Source: Azolla caroliniana (Eukaryota; Plantae; Polypodiophyta). From it: DNA of 64,000 bases. The notes under the pieces were generated by a model. The model made no database searches. It was not told the DNA's origin and was given only the letters and a program-made list of their open reading frames with translations. Below are positions 38,143 to 53,175 of this stretch, in pieces. Both the position numbers and the translations under genes were made by a program. The stretch lies in the NCBI GenBank assembly GCA_043228905.1, contig JBHGNT010000015.1:19840001-19904000 (forward strand), read 5' to 3'. Within the stretch, counting starts at the first letter, position 1. Every line of letters begins with the position of its first letter.

Positions 38143-41100
38143 ATGACCATGTCTTGTAATGTGTTTCCGCCGCCCCCGGCATTGGCGGACGATCATGCAG
38201 TTGTCCGCGTGGCAGTGCGAGCCCGCCCTCTGTTGGACAAAGAGATCCTCGAGAATTGCCATGAGTGCATCTCTTTCTCCCTCGATGGACGGGAGATCAC
38301 CCTCAGTCATGTGAAAGAGAAAAGGTTCACCTTCGACCATGTCTTCCGCCCGGCCTCCAGTCAGGCTGAAATCTACCTCGATTGTGTCAAACCTCTTGTG
38401 GATAGCTGCATTTCAGGGTAAACTACCCCAACCATGACAACGGAAATTCTTATTTTTAAAATCTATTCAAGATATCATAATGTTTTGTTTTTAACTATAT
38501 GCTTGTATGGTTATTCTATGTTTCCAAATTGCTTAATTCAATCTATCCAATGTGATGAAATGAATTTTGGCTATAGTAGTGATGAACAGATTGCATTCTA
38601 ATACAAGGAAGAATAAGGTTAAATATTGGGATGTCGTCTGTAACAATGTAGTACATATAAAGTCTGCATTATTCATTTATAATGATTTATAAATAGTTCC
38701 ACACGCAATAGTGATGACAGGGATGAACTGGTAGTAATCCATATTGATGAAAGTATTGCACAAAAACCTCCTCCATAGTGATGAAATATAGTTTTCATTC
38801 ATATAAGAAACTACCACTAAAAGGACATGAATTAATGATTTAGGACCTCAGCTCAGCTTTGTATAAGTTGAACCCAAAGTCATTTTTCAAGATTTGCAGC
38901 TTCAAGGGACTACCAATCCGCTTGAGCTTTTGAAGAAATTAAGAGAATATCTAATTTAGAGCTAATTGCATGCTTCATGCTATACTTGTAAAATTCAACC
39001 ATAGAAATTTATTCCTACAAATGATTTTTTCAGATACAATGCAACTGTTCTTGCATATGGACAAACAGGATCAGGGAAAACACACACAATGGGCAGTGCC
39101 AATAGCAATGGTTTGGAAGAAAGTGAGCTGGGCATTCTTCCTCGTGTCATCCATCAACTGTACAAAAGCATTGAAGAACAGAAGCAATCTGAATTTCTGG
39201 TATCTTGAGATGCAACTTTCTTTGTCACTAGAAAAGATTACATATTATTTGTGCACAAGACATTAGATTTTATGGCAGACTTCACCACTCAGTGTCATTT
39301 TCTCATCCTTGTTGTCATGCTGCATGGTGATTTAAATAGGATTAGGAAAAATGCCTGATTTGTCAGTTGTCATCCATGTATTTGATTCAATAGTGTAAAA
39401 TATGATTCCAGAAATTGATGAGGTTGTTCATTAATACAACCACTTTATGCATGGCTTATGCTTGAGTTTGTTTGAAAATTTCTTATGAAAATGCGTTTTA
39501 GGTCTATTTTTAATACGAAATTTACTTTGAACTTGAGGATAGGTATTGCCAAAATCTTATATTAAGATTAGTGAGAATTTTCATGTATGCAAATTTTCTT
39601 GAACGTTCGACTAATTTTGTGTGTGGTGATTGGGGTAGTGGTTCGTGGCTAAAGGAGAAATTTCAGTGGAATGAGAGTCAATTCTTAGATAGTACTCTCA
39701 GTTTACACAATTCATATACAATGATGCCCCAGTACGATACATGCAACCTAAAACAAATTGGTACTTCACAAATATAACGCTGTCTTCACATTTTGTGCAT
39801 TCAGGTAAAATGTTCATTTGTCGAGATTTACAATGAGGAGATTAAAGATCTTCTTCATCCAGAGATTGCTTCCAAATCAATTTTCATTCGAGAAGATGCA
39901 AACGGAGACATAATACTTGCTGGAGTACGGGAAGAAGTCGTGACAAACTTTGACAACATGATGAAGTATATATTTTCCTCCACCATCATTTGAAAAAGGT
40001 TTTGAAAACACAAACGATTAAATCCAACGATCCCACAAAGAAACTTCATTTGTTTTGAAGGTTCTTGGAACATGGATCAGCTTTCCGAACAACTGGAAGT
40101 ACCTTAATGAATCAACACTCGAGCAGATCCCATGCCATTTTCACCATCATTGTTGAGCAAAGAGCAATCTCCACAGATTGCACATCTGATAGTGACATTA
40201 TCACAGCAAAATTTCATCTTGTATGTGAATTGATCCAAAAGTTGGTTGACGAGTATTTTATATTATTCCCCTTTAAGCTTAAAAGCTGATAGCATGTTAT
40301 AAAATGGATCATCATCATTAGATGTTTTGTTATTTTTTGCAGGTAGATTTGGCAGGCTCAGAAAGGGCCAAGAGAACCGGTGCAGTAGGGGTTCGTTTTA
40401 AGGAGTCCATCACCATAAATTCAGGATTGTTAGCCTTGGGTAATGTGATAAGGTTGGTACTCGTCCAACCTTACCATTTCTACATGTTATTGTAATTGTT
40501 TTTATACATGTGAAAAAAATACCTTTATGTTGCTTAGTTCAGAATCTTATGTTTTCTTATATGTGAAAACATTTTCTGTATATTGTCTTCATGCTAAGTT
40601 TGCTTATACACAAATACCTTTGTGCATCTTAGACTCATATACATTAATGGAACACCTTTTTGGTTGTTCTTCATGTCCTCTCTATGTAGTGCGTTGGGTG
40701 ATGAACGCAAACGTGGACAACATGTACCCTATAGGCAATCAAAACTCACGAGAATTTTACAGGCAATATATATTTTTAATAACTGTATCCTTTTTTAAAA
40801 GCAATTTGGTAGAATGAATATGCTCTACACTTTCACTCATTTACATTAAAAAAATTGTCAATAATGCAGCAGTTTTGAATTAATACTTTTTGTGTTTGTT
40901 TTTGAAAAACAGGATTCTCTTGGTGGAAACAGTAGGACTTGCATGATTGCGTGCATAAGGTACTATTTTTGGAATAAATTCTTTTTCTTCTTTGTCTTGT
41001 TTTTTCTAAGATAAAATCGTGACATAAAGAAGAAGTAACTCATTACTGATTGATGGTCATGCAAAATATAAATCAAGTAGCAAAACAATTTCAGCACTGC

Positions 41101-44100
41101 AGATATCAATCACGAAGAAACTCTCAACACTCTGAAGTATGCCAATCGTGCACGCAACATTCACAATAAGCCTATTATCAATAGAGATTCACGAGCATCA
41201 CAAATGAATCAATTAAGACAAGAGCTAAAGGTGAGTTGCTAAGCATTACATTCAATTTTGTTCATCTTGTGTATGATGGTGATATTGCTCTTACTGACCA
41301 AATTAGCTTCAAGGTTGATCATCATTCTCTCCATCAATTTTTCAAGCCAGATGTTTTCTACATTTCATGACATATTTAGCATTCTGTTTGGATCTGTCTA
41401 GACCATCAAATATTTCAGAACTTACCTTGACAAATGTTGCATAACTTTCCAATTTGTTTCAAATATTGCAATCGAGATAATGACCTCCTGTTCAGGATTT
41501 GTCCACATGACACCAAATCTCAATCAGTCTGTATTTTATCCTCACTAAATAAAACACACACCTATGCATCTGTGTGCATGACCGCCATTCAGCCCAGGAT
41601 GATGCAATTTGCTATTCTGTCTGTCTTTTGAACAAAATTTGTGCACTTGATTGATAATCTCTTTAACTATGTCGCAATTAGATGCCAATCTTCATGCTTT
41701 ACACAAATGAATATTGTCAGGATGGGATGACCTATGGGTAGAAAATTACCACACCTTTCTGTGTTATTCATGATGAGTGAAGGATTGCCCAAACCTTTGA
41801 TGAAATAAATGTGTAAATCTCTTCCTAATTGGTGGCCTTATATTACAAGTTGGTGCCAAACTGACGGTCTAATCGCAGGGTAAAGAGGGGAGAATTGGTG
41901 TCTGTTTAATTGATATGTCAATCACTGAGTTCCATTTTTTTTTGTTCAGCCTTGATGTTTTTATTGGTTCTTCAATCAATTATCCTGTGTTTGAGAGGCT
42001 CACATTCTTTACTACATTTTTGAAGTGCTTTTTTGTCTTTTCAAAGAAATTTTCACTTGTTTTAACTCCTCTTGATGGAAGTCTGGATCTCAGCACTATC
42101 TTCTACATCTGGAAATTATACTGGAATCAGATGGATTCTGGTGATTTTCAAATCGACAACTTAGGAACAACTTCCTTATAACAATCTCATGATGATTATT
42201 ATAGGATCAGTCTCCTCTTTTCACGTATATGTAAAACAGCCTCCTCATATCAATTTGAATCTTCAGCTGATAAGAGCAAGTGTTTTTTATTGCATTAATG
42301 AAGAGGCTCAAAAAAACTAATTTCAGCTAAGAAGAGTTTTCCTTTTCCGTTGCATTGATGAAAGAGAACCAAAACTAGATCATTGTTCCTTGATACCATC
42401 CAACAATTTCACACTCTCAATAGTTGATCTGGATAGGAATTCATTTTATCAATATGGGAAGATTCAATTGTGATATTATCAACATGAAATTGTGCAGATA
42501 TTACAAGAGGAGTTGCGGTCACGAGATAACGAAACTGCAATAGGTGAAACTACCAATCCTTCATGTTTATATATCACAGTAACTACTTTACTTAAATATT
42601 GTGTCAATGCATTATATTGTATGGAATATGTGATGATTTCAAATATCAAGCTTTGTGATTCTTACATTATAAGGTAATAATATCTAATTAATATGCAAGT
42701 ATATGAGAAGTTTTGCCAAGTTGTGTTGATCAGCTTGCCATGCAATAGAATATAATGCTCCTAGGTATCCCATTGGCATGTTTGGTTTATTTTCTTTTAG
42801 ATTTCTGTAACGTTAACCCTTCACATTCTTTGTTACCTTTTTCTTGTACACTTGAATACAAACATGCAAATGTTATGGTAGATTGTCACAGGTTAAAACG
42901 AGATCAATCTGCGGATGCACTGCCAAAAATTGAAAATATGGATCAACAAGAGATTGTTAAACTTACTCATGATTTACAGGTAAGGAAAAATCCCCATGAT
43001 CCAATATGATTATCCTGACTGTTTGTTTTCTGAAACTTTCTCAAAGAAGAAGATTTCCCTTTGAGAAAGATGACCACAAAATACATATTGTATTTTTTGG
43101 TCTCCAAAACTAAGTCTAAATAGATTAATGATTTCTTAAAATCTCAGGATTCCCAAGTAACCATCAAGAAATTGAAGGATAAGGTGGTTGAATTAGAGAT
43201 GCAAAAAAAGCAACGTCAGGTAAATCCTTATATGATTAGCTGGTCTTCTTGCAGCATCCGTTTTGATAGTTAAAAAGGTCAGAATGACTTCATAAGGATT
43301 ACGTTATTGTTATCGTAGATATGTATTGTATACCATTTTATGCCCTCAAAAGTTTCTTGCAATGCTCATCTAACAGAACTATCATAAAATTATCATAAAC
43401 ACCATATGGTTGATGCACCTAAAAAATCTTAGCATTGTTGTTTTTGTCTACATTTCAGTCCAAAATTGATCGAATCGCCCAAGAAATGAACATTCTCTTA
43501 CAAATGATACCCTCATGGGAGAGTTCTAGGGACATATCAGAACCTCCTATGATGTTTTTGCTTCAAATGGCCAACCGTATTTTGACCGATGACAATGACG
43601 AAGTGCTTGACAGAAATAAAGACATGAACTCTCAAACAGATTCTGAAATCAATGTCTTGAAAGACATGAACTCCCACACAGATACTGGAATGGATGTCGT
43701 GAAAGACATGCAACTGCGATTAGCTTTGCCAACTATCCATTCATCCCGGGGAGAAGAAAAACAATCCAATCTCCATCAAGAAAATTGCCCAATTGATCTC
43801 AACAAGGTAGTATATGTGAATTGGTTGCATTAAGTGAACCGAATTCATGTACTTGGATTTAAAGGGGATTCTAAAGAGTTCATTTCACATTCTTGAAGAA
43901 AAACAAATTCTGATTGTTCAGGAAAATGATGTTGGTGCCCCAATGCACTCATCACCAGACACCCCAAGCATCATGAAACATTATCTAAAGACCATACAGG
44001 TTCTACAAAGGAAGCTTAACAGAAGAGAGCAGGAATTGAAGACTAGAAATGAATCCCTCCAGGAGATAACCAATGAACTTGCTAGAGACCAGAAGATATT

Positions 44101-47100
44101 CTCTGAAAAGGTTCCCTAGTTTCTATGCACCTGACTTTTTTTTGCATAAATGGATTCCAGTTTCAACTAATTCAAAAGATAAAGAGAAACCCAAGACTAA
44201 TTTTAGAGTTTCTCAAATTAATTCTCCTTTTTTCATGGAATGGTCAGATGCATGAGATTAAGGCACTCAAACAATTGATTAAGGAACTGAACCATGAAAA
44301 AGAGTGTTTACTCCAAAAGGTTCGAATGGATGCAACCATCATCTCAAATTTGTCACATAATGCGTTAGCCAACGAAGATGAAATTTCAAAGTTGAAGGCC
44401 TCAAATGAATCCCTCAAAATGCAATCACGAGAACCATTTCTAGCTTTTAATTGTGAAAAGCAATTTAAAGACTTGGATAAAAGGGAACCACAAAGAGAGT
44501 TCATTGATGGTTGGACCTTGCATCTAGCAAATAAGGTATTCTGGAATAGAAATGTTTTTTTTAAGTTGCTGTACTAGTTTTTCGTATGTTGATCTAGACC
44601 CCTGTTTATTTGAGACATGAAATACTGATGAAGTTCTTTATAGAAAGAAGATATCAAGGATTATTCTGAGTTTGAAAGAGAATCGAACAAATTGGTTTCA
44701 AATGATGGGGAGAATAAAGACAAAGTTAAATCAACAAGACGAAAATTCCATAACAATTTTGATAAAAGGTTCCAAGATTTGGCGTCTCTTGTTTTTAAGG
44801 GAGAACCTCTCATGCAAGAGGTACTTACAGATAACACCATCGCGAACAAAATTCAAACAAATCCAAATTTGATGTTTGGAGATGAAGATGAAGTATTCAC
44901 TTTCCTCTGATTCACCTTGATTACACTCTTCTCTGATATATGTAGTAGAAACTTACCGCTGATCCTTAATATTTATGACATATATGAAGGGAATGTTGTT
45001 GTGAGGTGACCATCATAGTAGAAAGTGAGATAAGATAAAATCATCAATAAGATCACAGTCACTATCTATCCCTACTTCCATTCCAGACTTCAAATATCCT
45101 CTCCCCCCTCTCATGGCCCTTCATCGATCACAATTTCATCACTCTTATCTTGGAAAAATAACACCCCCAATATCTAATTTATTGCGTAGCTACAACCTCC
45201 CTAATTAGCAAGCTTCACTTTTTAAATAGATGCAGGCTTAGTGAGAGATTTATTCTTCAGGTATTTCTCCTTCAACAATTCTTCTAGATTCACATGACCG
45301 CAATTACTACCAATTACTCCCATCTCCATTTGGTTCAATTAGAGGGAAGATGTTTAGAAGTGTTCCATCGCATCATTGTCCAACATATGCTTTCTATTAG
45401 AGTCATCTTGTTCTATAAATACCAAGCATCTTCTCAAACATCCTTTTTGAGCTTTCAGCATTGCAAATCTACACTTGAACCAGACCACATGAGAATTTAT
45501 TTCATGAATGTGCTCTGAATATGTACAAATCTTTTAGGATGTTTCTCCTCGGGACGTGAAAAGGAATAATGGCGCATCATTATGTACAGACTCTCAATGG
45601 GAGACTAACAATTTAAGGGGTGGTCGAGCTCCTACTTCAAATATGTCAACAAATGATGACCAAATAAACATGTAAGGTTCTATTTGAGAAATTAGAATTT
45701 AAAAGTTTGCAATTCTCCTTGTTTAGTCTTATTGTATTAATCTATCCAAAATGTACATAACAAAGAGAGAGAGACAGAGACAGAGAGAGAGACAGAGAGA
45801 GAGGTGAATGGAAGAAGAAATGTGATAGAATCTATAAGATTATGATTAGAAAGGATAATGGGGTTAATATAAACCTATATTAGATGTCTTTGAGATGCAT
45901 AGATCCAAAATTTCTCTACCTAGAGCATGAGACATCACCCATGATTCAGTAATTATAACCGTTTTTTAAGTGGTTTATTGACCACAACTCGAATGTTCAA
46001 AATCTTAGGTTGGGCGACAATACTATGATGCTGACTCAAGAGGCTGATTACAGAGATCATAAATGCATGCAGCTCCTTCCTGAATTTGGAATGCATGATG
46101 AACATAAAGATGTATACTTAGAGAAGAAGCTGAGAGAAGTAGCACTTGCTTGGCATGAAGAAAAGCAGGTTGGTTCAATCCCAAGGCATATAATACATGT
46201 GCAATAGAATTATCTGCATACATCAATCGATACATAATATTCTTATTAACATGGAGCCAATTTGCAAGGCAATCAAAGCTTAAGATTATGTCCAATAATC
46301 AAAGAATCTAAAAATAAAAATAAAAATTGCCTCCCTCACAACATGCCAATGATCCAAGGATGTTTGGCATACATATATTCTTTTGACAATTCATTTCTGG
46401 ACATGTCCTTAGATGTTTGCTCTTGGACTGTACCATTAGATTAATGGAACCATGTCTCAATACGACAGGTAAGAAGTTTCAGACTTTTTGTTAATATTTC
46501 TCTCCCATTCATTTCTGTGACCGGTAAGAAAAATGTACGGCTGTGACAACCTTTTATATGCTATCTTGCCCTTCTGTGGAAACATCATCATCTCTCAGCT
46601 CCTCTTAGAAAAATGCAAAACTTTTCTATGCCTTTTTGTATGCTTATTTGATGTTATGTCTTTTTTGTATGTGTATGTGTGACCAGGCGAAACAGCATCC
46701 CTTCTAGACTGTTTCTCTCAGAAATATGTACCATTGTCACACCTTCTGCATAAAGGAAAGAGGGAAAACATGAAAGGTCAAAGATCTGCAAAGACAGAGC
46801 CCTCTGATCAAATATGAAACAATTTTCACAAATTTTGTTCGCACTATGTGTGTGCAACACAAATAACAGAAGGGAATAAACATCAACAGTCTGTTGTGAA
46901 GACAGACCATTCTGATTGGATATGAAACAGTTATGACAAATATTTTCGTATCTTTTCCTTAAAATTCTCTGTGCCAAAACATCATACATAAAAACTGACA
47001 AAAACAAGCAATCACATAGCCGTGACAACATACCATTCACATCAATATGGAACAATATGATGGAAATGCTTCGGTAGACAAGTGCCAAGTGAAAGACCAA

Positions 47101-48096
47101 CATTTGATATGCTCTTAAGAGTTCAAGTGCGGTGAGGATATGATGGCCTACAATTTAGGTTAGTATACATAAATTGATGGTGCCATATCTGTTGCTTGTG
47201 CCAGCTGGAAAGGGACTATGATGTTTTCTATCGAAAACTTTTCCTCTTCACTTTATACCCAGGGGAGTCTCCTGCATTCATGGCAGTCCCCAAATCATTG
47301 GCTATCTCATCAATGGATATAAATTAAGGGGATGAAAAATAATCTCTTGTTACCACTCTCTATGTGCAGACACATCTATAACATAAAAGAAAAGCAAAAA
47401 ATGAAACTTGAAAGATCAAAGATCTGTAGCAACATAATAACCTTTGTGATTGATATGCGACAACAAATCTTTGATCTCTCCTTCACATTCTCTACCTTTT
47501 GTGATCAAACAAGAAGCAATTGTTGGCATATCATATCTTTTCGAACAAACATAGGACTACAATAGTTGTGACAACATTTCTAACGTATTTCCTTCACATT
47601 CTCTTTGTGTGTACGAGTGATACATCTAACATAAAGAAGAAAAGCAAGAAGAAAGGCCTATTGTGAATGCATACCTTTCTGATCAAACATGAAACAGAAT
47701 ATTTCACATCTTCCCTGAACAAGCCTAAAATAAAAGAAAGCAAGCAAAAAAAAAAAAAAACCAAGGAAGGAATTCAAAGATGTGAGATTAACCTCTTCTG
47801 ATCAGCATACATGCAACAACATGTGCGCGTTAACATTGATGGATATGGATTTGATTGACACGCAGGTCCTGGAAGACATGGTTCAAGAGGAGCGAAAAGC
47901 CTGGGAAGACCGTGCGATGTCGGTGGTGAAGAAACACGAGCAGCTGGAGAGGGACCACAGATCCCTGAAGGAGGAGCTAGAGAACACGAGGTCTCTGATG
48001 CAGAAGGCGGGGCTGGGCATACGCCTGTCGCTGCAGAACGTGAGGGAGCTGAGCGATGGCGACGTGGACCTGATGAAGACGTCCGTGTCTTGCTGA
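38143..48096 (+). CDS. Kinesin-4 family motor protein (N-terminal motor, coiled-coil tail)
   Basis: [38 protein letters not shown] (P-loop), [32 protein letters not shown] (switch I), [19 protein letters not shown] (switch II), [60 protein letters not shown]. Tail exons to the stop at 48096 are less certain. Confidence 0.9.
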
Positions 48097-48695
48097 GAGA
48101 GAGAGAGGCCAAGGAATGAAGGAATGGCCCCCTACACAGTCAGTCAGTCAGTTCCTGCAGAACAGAACTTGTCCATTCTCTTTGTCTCTTTGTCTCTTGT
48201 CTTCATGGACATATGGACATGTGGACATGTGGACATATGGACATATGGACATGGTGGAAGCCTAAAGGTGGAAGGTGTCCAACTCTCCTCGGGGGCTCGA
48301 ATTGCCATCGGACAATCGCAGGATCTGTCATCCCGTGAGAACGTGATTATTGCCACGCGCGCACTTACATCGGCCTCGGATGTAATCCAACCATATTGCT
48401 GGTATTATGTCGCCTTTTTGTGTCTGTTTGTCTTTGTTTGTTCATGTATTGCCTCGTGTCAATAAAGCGACTATGTGTGTGCGTCTGTACGTGTATTGCG
48501 CCTCATATCTATGAGGCAATGGTGTGTGTGTGTGTGTTTAGGACCTACCATAAAGACGATATCATTGTGTGCACCTGATCTCTGAACTTGTAAGAAAACC
48601 GGTAATAATATATGTTTTGACCTACAACAAGAATGTGATATTGTCGTATGCATACATGGTCTTGAATCTACACAAAGGTGACTCCTCATATGCTC

Positions 48696-48726
<31 letters not shown>

Positions 48727-49499
48727 TGTGTGTGTGTGTGTGTGTGCGCGCACGCACTCACAAATCTTTGAGAACATGAGATTTTAATGTGCATATGACG
48801 AAGGGAATTTCACATTTTCCTTCACTAGGGTTATTGCGGTATATGGTCTTGAATCTATGAGAATGCAATATTTGTCGAATATTGCATATTTGGTCTCAAC
48901 AAATTCATGAGAATGAAATATATGTTGCGTGCATAATTGGTATTGAATGTATGTGGACACAACATATGTCATGCGTATATTTGTCTCAAATATATGAGAA
49001 TGAGATATACATATGTTGCATGCATATTTGGTCTTGAAACTATGAGCAGATGATTTGTTTTTCTATGCGTATGTTGGAGGGGAATTGTACATATTTTCAT
49101 TAATACTTTTGGTGTGTGTGTGTTTTCTAACATATGAGAAAGTGATACGTTATGTATGTGTGTGGGAATTTCATGCTTTTCCATTATAGACCTATTGATG
49201 CCTACACTCCTCAACTGTCATCTATTTACGCATCGATGACTTGAAACAAAAAGTTTATTACTTTGTACAACAAGAAAGACATTGACGAGACTAACCATTC
49301 AGAATGTAGTTATCACACTTCTATCAAAGTTTTGCGTACATTGGAATACTACTTTTGCATGCATAGGAATTTGGAGCTCCAATAGGTCCAAATCAAAGTT
49401 TATACTTGTGAAGACTTGATATGATTGTGAAATGTGTATCATAAGAGGCTACTTGAAGGATGGAAAGTTTAAGTACATTGGCATTGAATAAATTGGTGG

Positions 49500-51000
49500 A
49501 ATGTGGTGAATTCTAAAAAAACTCGCAATGTGTGCAGGGTCTCTAATATTTAATCATTTAGTAGTGAACTTGGCAATGTTAGTGGGATTTTATTCAATGG
49601 CATCCTTCTCTCGAGACAACGTGAGCTAACTTTGTACGAATGGTGGATTTGATGACATTAAGGTTATTGGGATGGGACGATGTCATGAAGGTTACCTTCC
49701 ACTCGTGCATGTGTGTGTGGAACCATCGAGGTTCTTGTCTTGTCCAAGAAATTGTCAAATCAAGGTAATATGTAAGATTAGACACAATAATTTTAGATAA
49801 TATTTGTCAAGGAGAAAGTAGACAACTGAAGAAAAGATAGATTGTAATTAGGATTAAGAATCTTGATTAGAAAGAGCAGTTGTAGGATCACTCATTAAAG
49901 CCAAATAGTAATTCTCAATGGGGGGTTTAAATAGGTCTAGTCATGTTGGGAATCGGGATGGGTTAGCACATGGGACCACTTGGCACTCATTTCTTTACCT
50001 AAGATCATAGACTATGTTCAATGTATTTGCTTCAACTAGTTCTTATCCACATTAACATTTACAATGTTTGTAATGTGCGTGTGTTAAGTCGACAAATGTT
50101 CATTTGTCCATGATCGTAAACCACACCATTTTAGTACTGGCGCACATTATGTATTGACAATAACATGATAATGAAAAGGAAGTTCTTCATCTCAAGCTGA
50201 TGTAGATGTATGTACATATAATCAAGTGCCTCAATTAGGATTGGTTATGGTGCAAATGCCACGTTAATCTCACGAAAATGATTAACAAATGTTTAGGATA
50301 GCAAGGTCATCATTTGGTGCTCCTAGGGGGTGTTGGGCATTGTTGGGAAAAGTTACAAGGTTTGTCAACATTGCAAATTCTAATCCAATATCTAGATGAA
50401 GGATCACAAGATTTTGATTGGACAAATGTTGGAGATAGGAGTCTTGCCCAAATATCTATGAATGATATTTATCATAATATTATTGAGAGAGGCATGTGTG
50501 GATGGAGGAAAAAGTGATAACATAGTGGGGATTCTAAAAGCCTATGGCATCACGTGATTGCGATGAGTTGGCCAACATCATTAACATAGAGAGTTAAGGT
50601 AGCCATTTGGAGGATTGTACCCTTGGAAGACACCTTAAAGCCAAAGAAGAATTATGAATGGAATGTGTTCCTTTTGCCCGGTCAAAGCAGAGATTCGAGA
50701 ATAATAGACATCCATTTGTTTCTTGTGAAGTAGCAATAATAGTTTGGAAAATAATCAAGGTGGGTGCCCATGTCTCTTACTAGAAAGATACCCCACCTCC
50801 AAATTATGTTAGAGTACTTATGATATTACTTAATTTATGGGTTAATTGGAGTATGAGAAATATATTTACTTTTGATTCAACAGTTGGGTTGAAGAAATTG
50901 TTGCGAGGCTAAAATAAATTCTTCTACAACAATTTTCATTGTTGGAAAAGTTGAGGAATCCATTGCATGAAAAGGATAATTACATAAAATGAAGAGTCAT
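49500..51000 (+). mobile_element. Degraded L1-type LINE remnant
   Basis: Decayed zf-RVT-like motif ECVPFARSKQRFENNRHPFVSCEVAIIVWK at ~50660-50750; many stops and frameshifts. Confidence 0.45.
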
Positions 51001-52221
51001 TGTGTTCAATCATGTGATTTCCTCTTTAGGGTGGGAGTGAGTTCTTCACATTTTGATACCATACAAATCCAAAAACATCATTATAAGTTAGTCTTGGTAG
51101 TATGGATCCAAATTCCATTATAGCAAAAAACTCATGGTGCTGTTTTATCTATGGAAAAAAACAAAAATGAGATAGAACTATTCCTCCAACTCAAGATGGA
51201 AAAGTGAAGAAAAAAACTCAATAGAAGCACCAAAAGTGATAATTTATACACACTTTCACATTATCATGACCACAATGTTGTCGTCTCTTCCTTTTTGTCT
51301 TTTGCCCCTTTTCCCTTGCCTCTGAACTTGTCCTTGTGGCGGCACCGATGCCATTGTGACATCGTCGTAAAGGAATGGGAAGTGACACATATGAGAAGTA
51401 CTTACCATGATGCATCATTTGATTTCTTTATCAATGAGGCATTTTTGAATTGGTTAGGACGGAAATGGAGACTTGTGTTTCACACATTATAAATTTATAT
51501 TACATATGCTACACCAAACTACACAGTACAAATTAACATTCGTCTTCTTCTTCTCTTTTTATGCGGAGGAGAAATCACACTCACCTATACAAGCCAAAAT
51601 CCCGTCCTTTGCACCATTCCTTTCATACGACGTAGCTCACGTTCTCTTACAGTTTGAGGTAGGGCGTGGGCACAAACAAGGAGACCCTTCGACTATTCAT
51701 GTTTTGTCCTAAACAAGTCAGGTAGATTAAACGTATCACACTATTTCAATACTTCTTACCGTTGATCACATTCAAGTTTGCTTCCCACACGTTATTGATT
51801 TGGTTTCACCCCTAACACACATTCCATTTCACGTTGTCACGTTGTGCATTCTCTCGATTGCTTAATTCCATTCTCACGTTGTCACCTTCTAATGCTCCCA
51901 TAGGTCACAAGCTTCACCGCTAACAACAATCATGTATATATATGGTTAGTTTTAGCAACGGACTAACTATATAAGTAACGTAAGTTTCTAACTAGGATTC
52001 GAACTTCACAGCACAATTACGTTCAATTATCGAAGATAACAGCATCATATCATTAGGGATTCATCATTCAAACTTTGCGGCACAATTATGTTCGATTATC
52101 CATCCAATATATAATGAATGATATCATATTATCAAGGCAACATGCTTGATGTGCTTGAACACTTGTTTTTCATGTGGTTGAGACTTGGATAGCCTACTTC
52201 TACAAAACATGTTCATGTTGG

Positions 52222-52449
52222 GGAGAGGGAATTGAGAGAGAACTCTGAGAGAGAACTCTGAGAGAGAGAGAGAGAGAGAGAGGGAAATTGAGAGAGAATT
52301 GAGAGAATTGAGACTCTGAGAGAGAGGGAATTGAGACAGAGAATTGAGAGAGAGAGAGAGAGAGATTGAGAGAGAGAGGGAATTGGGAGGGACTTGAGAC
52401 AGAGAATTGAGAGGGAATGGAGAGAGAGAGAGAGAGAATAGAGAGAGAG

Positions 52450-52494
<45 letters not shown>

Positions 52495-52533
52495 GAGAGA
52501 GAGAATGGAGAGAGAGAGAGAGAGAGAGAGAGA
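52222..52533. repeat. Compound (GA)n / GAGAGAGAATT low-complexity tract
   Basis: Direct; explains several spurious ORFs on both strands. Confidence 0.9.
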
Positions 52534-53175
52534 TGGATAGGGTTGTGGGCTCCTCCACAGAGGCAAAGATGCAGCAGGAAGGAAGGCAGAGTCAAAGAAA
52601 GAGATGACATTTTCTGCAATTTCATTGGCTCCATTCATGGATTGTGCCTGCCACAGAGCTTTTATTTATATCCATGGTTTCCTTAAAACCATACACTTTT
52701 TTTTTGTTTTGTTTCTCTCTGTGTTTTGTGTGTCCTACAGAAAACCATGTCCCAATCCCTTATACCCTAAAACGCAATCTCCAATCCTACCTTCTCACGA
52801 AACCCTAATATTTGCCCAGCCCCAACCCTACATAAATCTCACCATCCTTCTCAAGAAACCCTAGACTTACCTCGCTAACCCATACCAATCCCTAACCCTA
52901 AAATTTCATCCACCCAAAAACACTAAGCATTCCAACTTCTCAAAACGCAGACAGGATTTTCCATCTCCTTCTCAAAACGCCGAAATTGATTTAAGCCTTA
53001 AAAATTTTCCATCATTTGATCAAGTCCTAATTCGTGCAGCAGTAATAATAAGCTACTTCTTCTTCTTATTCTTCTTCTTCTCATTCTACCTCTGGTAGTG
53101 GAATAGACCTCTGATCACAGAGAGCTCCACCATGGCCATTGAATTTAATTAATAAGCCTTTGAATTATTTAAAAT

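Noticed and set aside
41300-42400. Possible nested gene or TE in kinesin intron
   Set aside because: No recognisable motif or sustained ORF on either strand.
52124-52686. SL/ER-rich ORFs on both strands
   Set aside because: Artefacts of the GA microsatellite.
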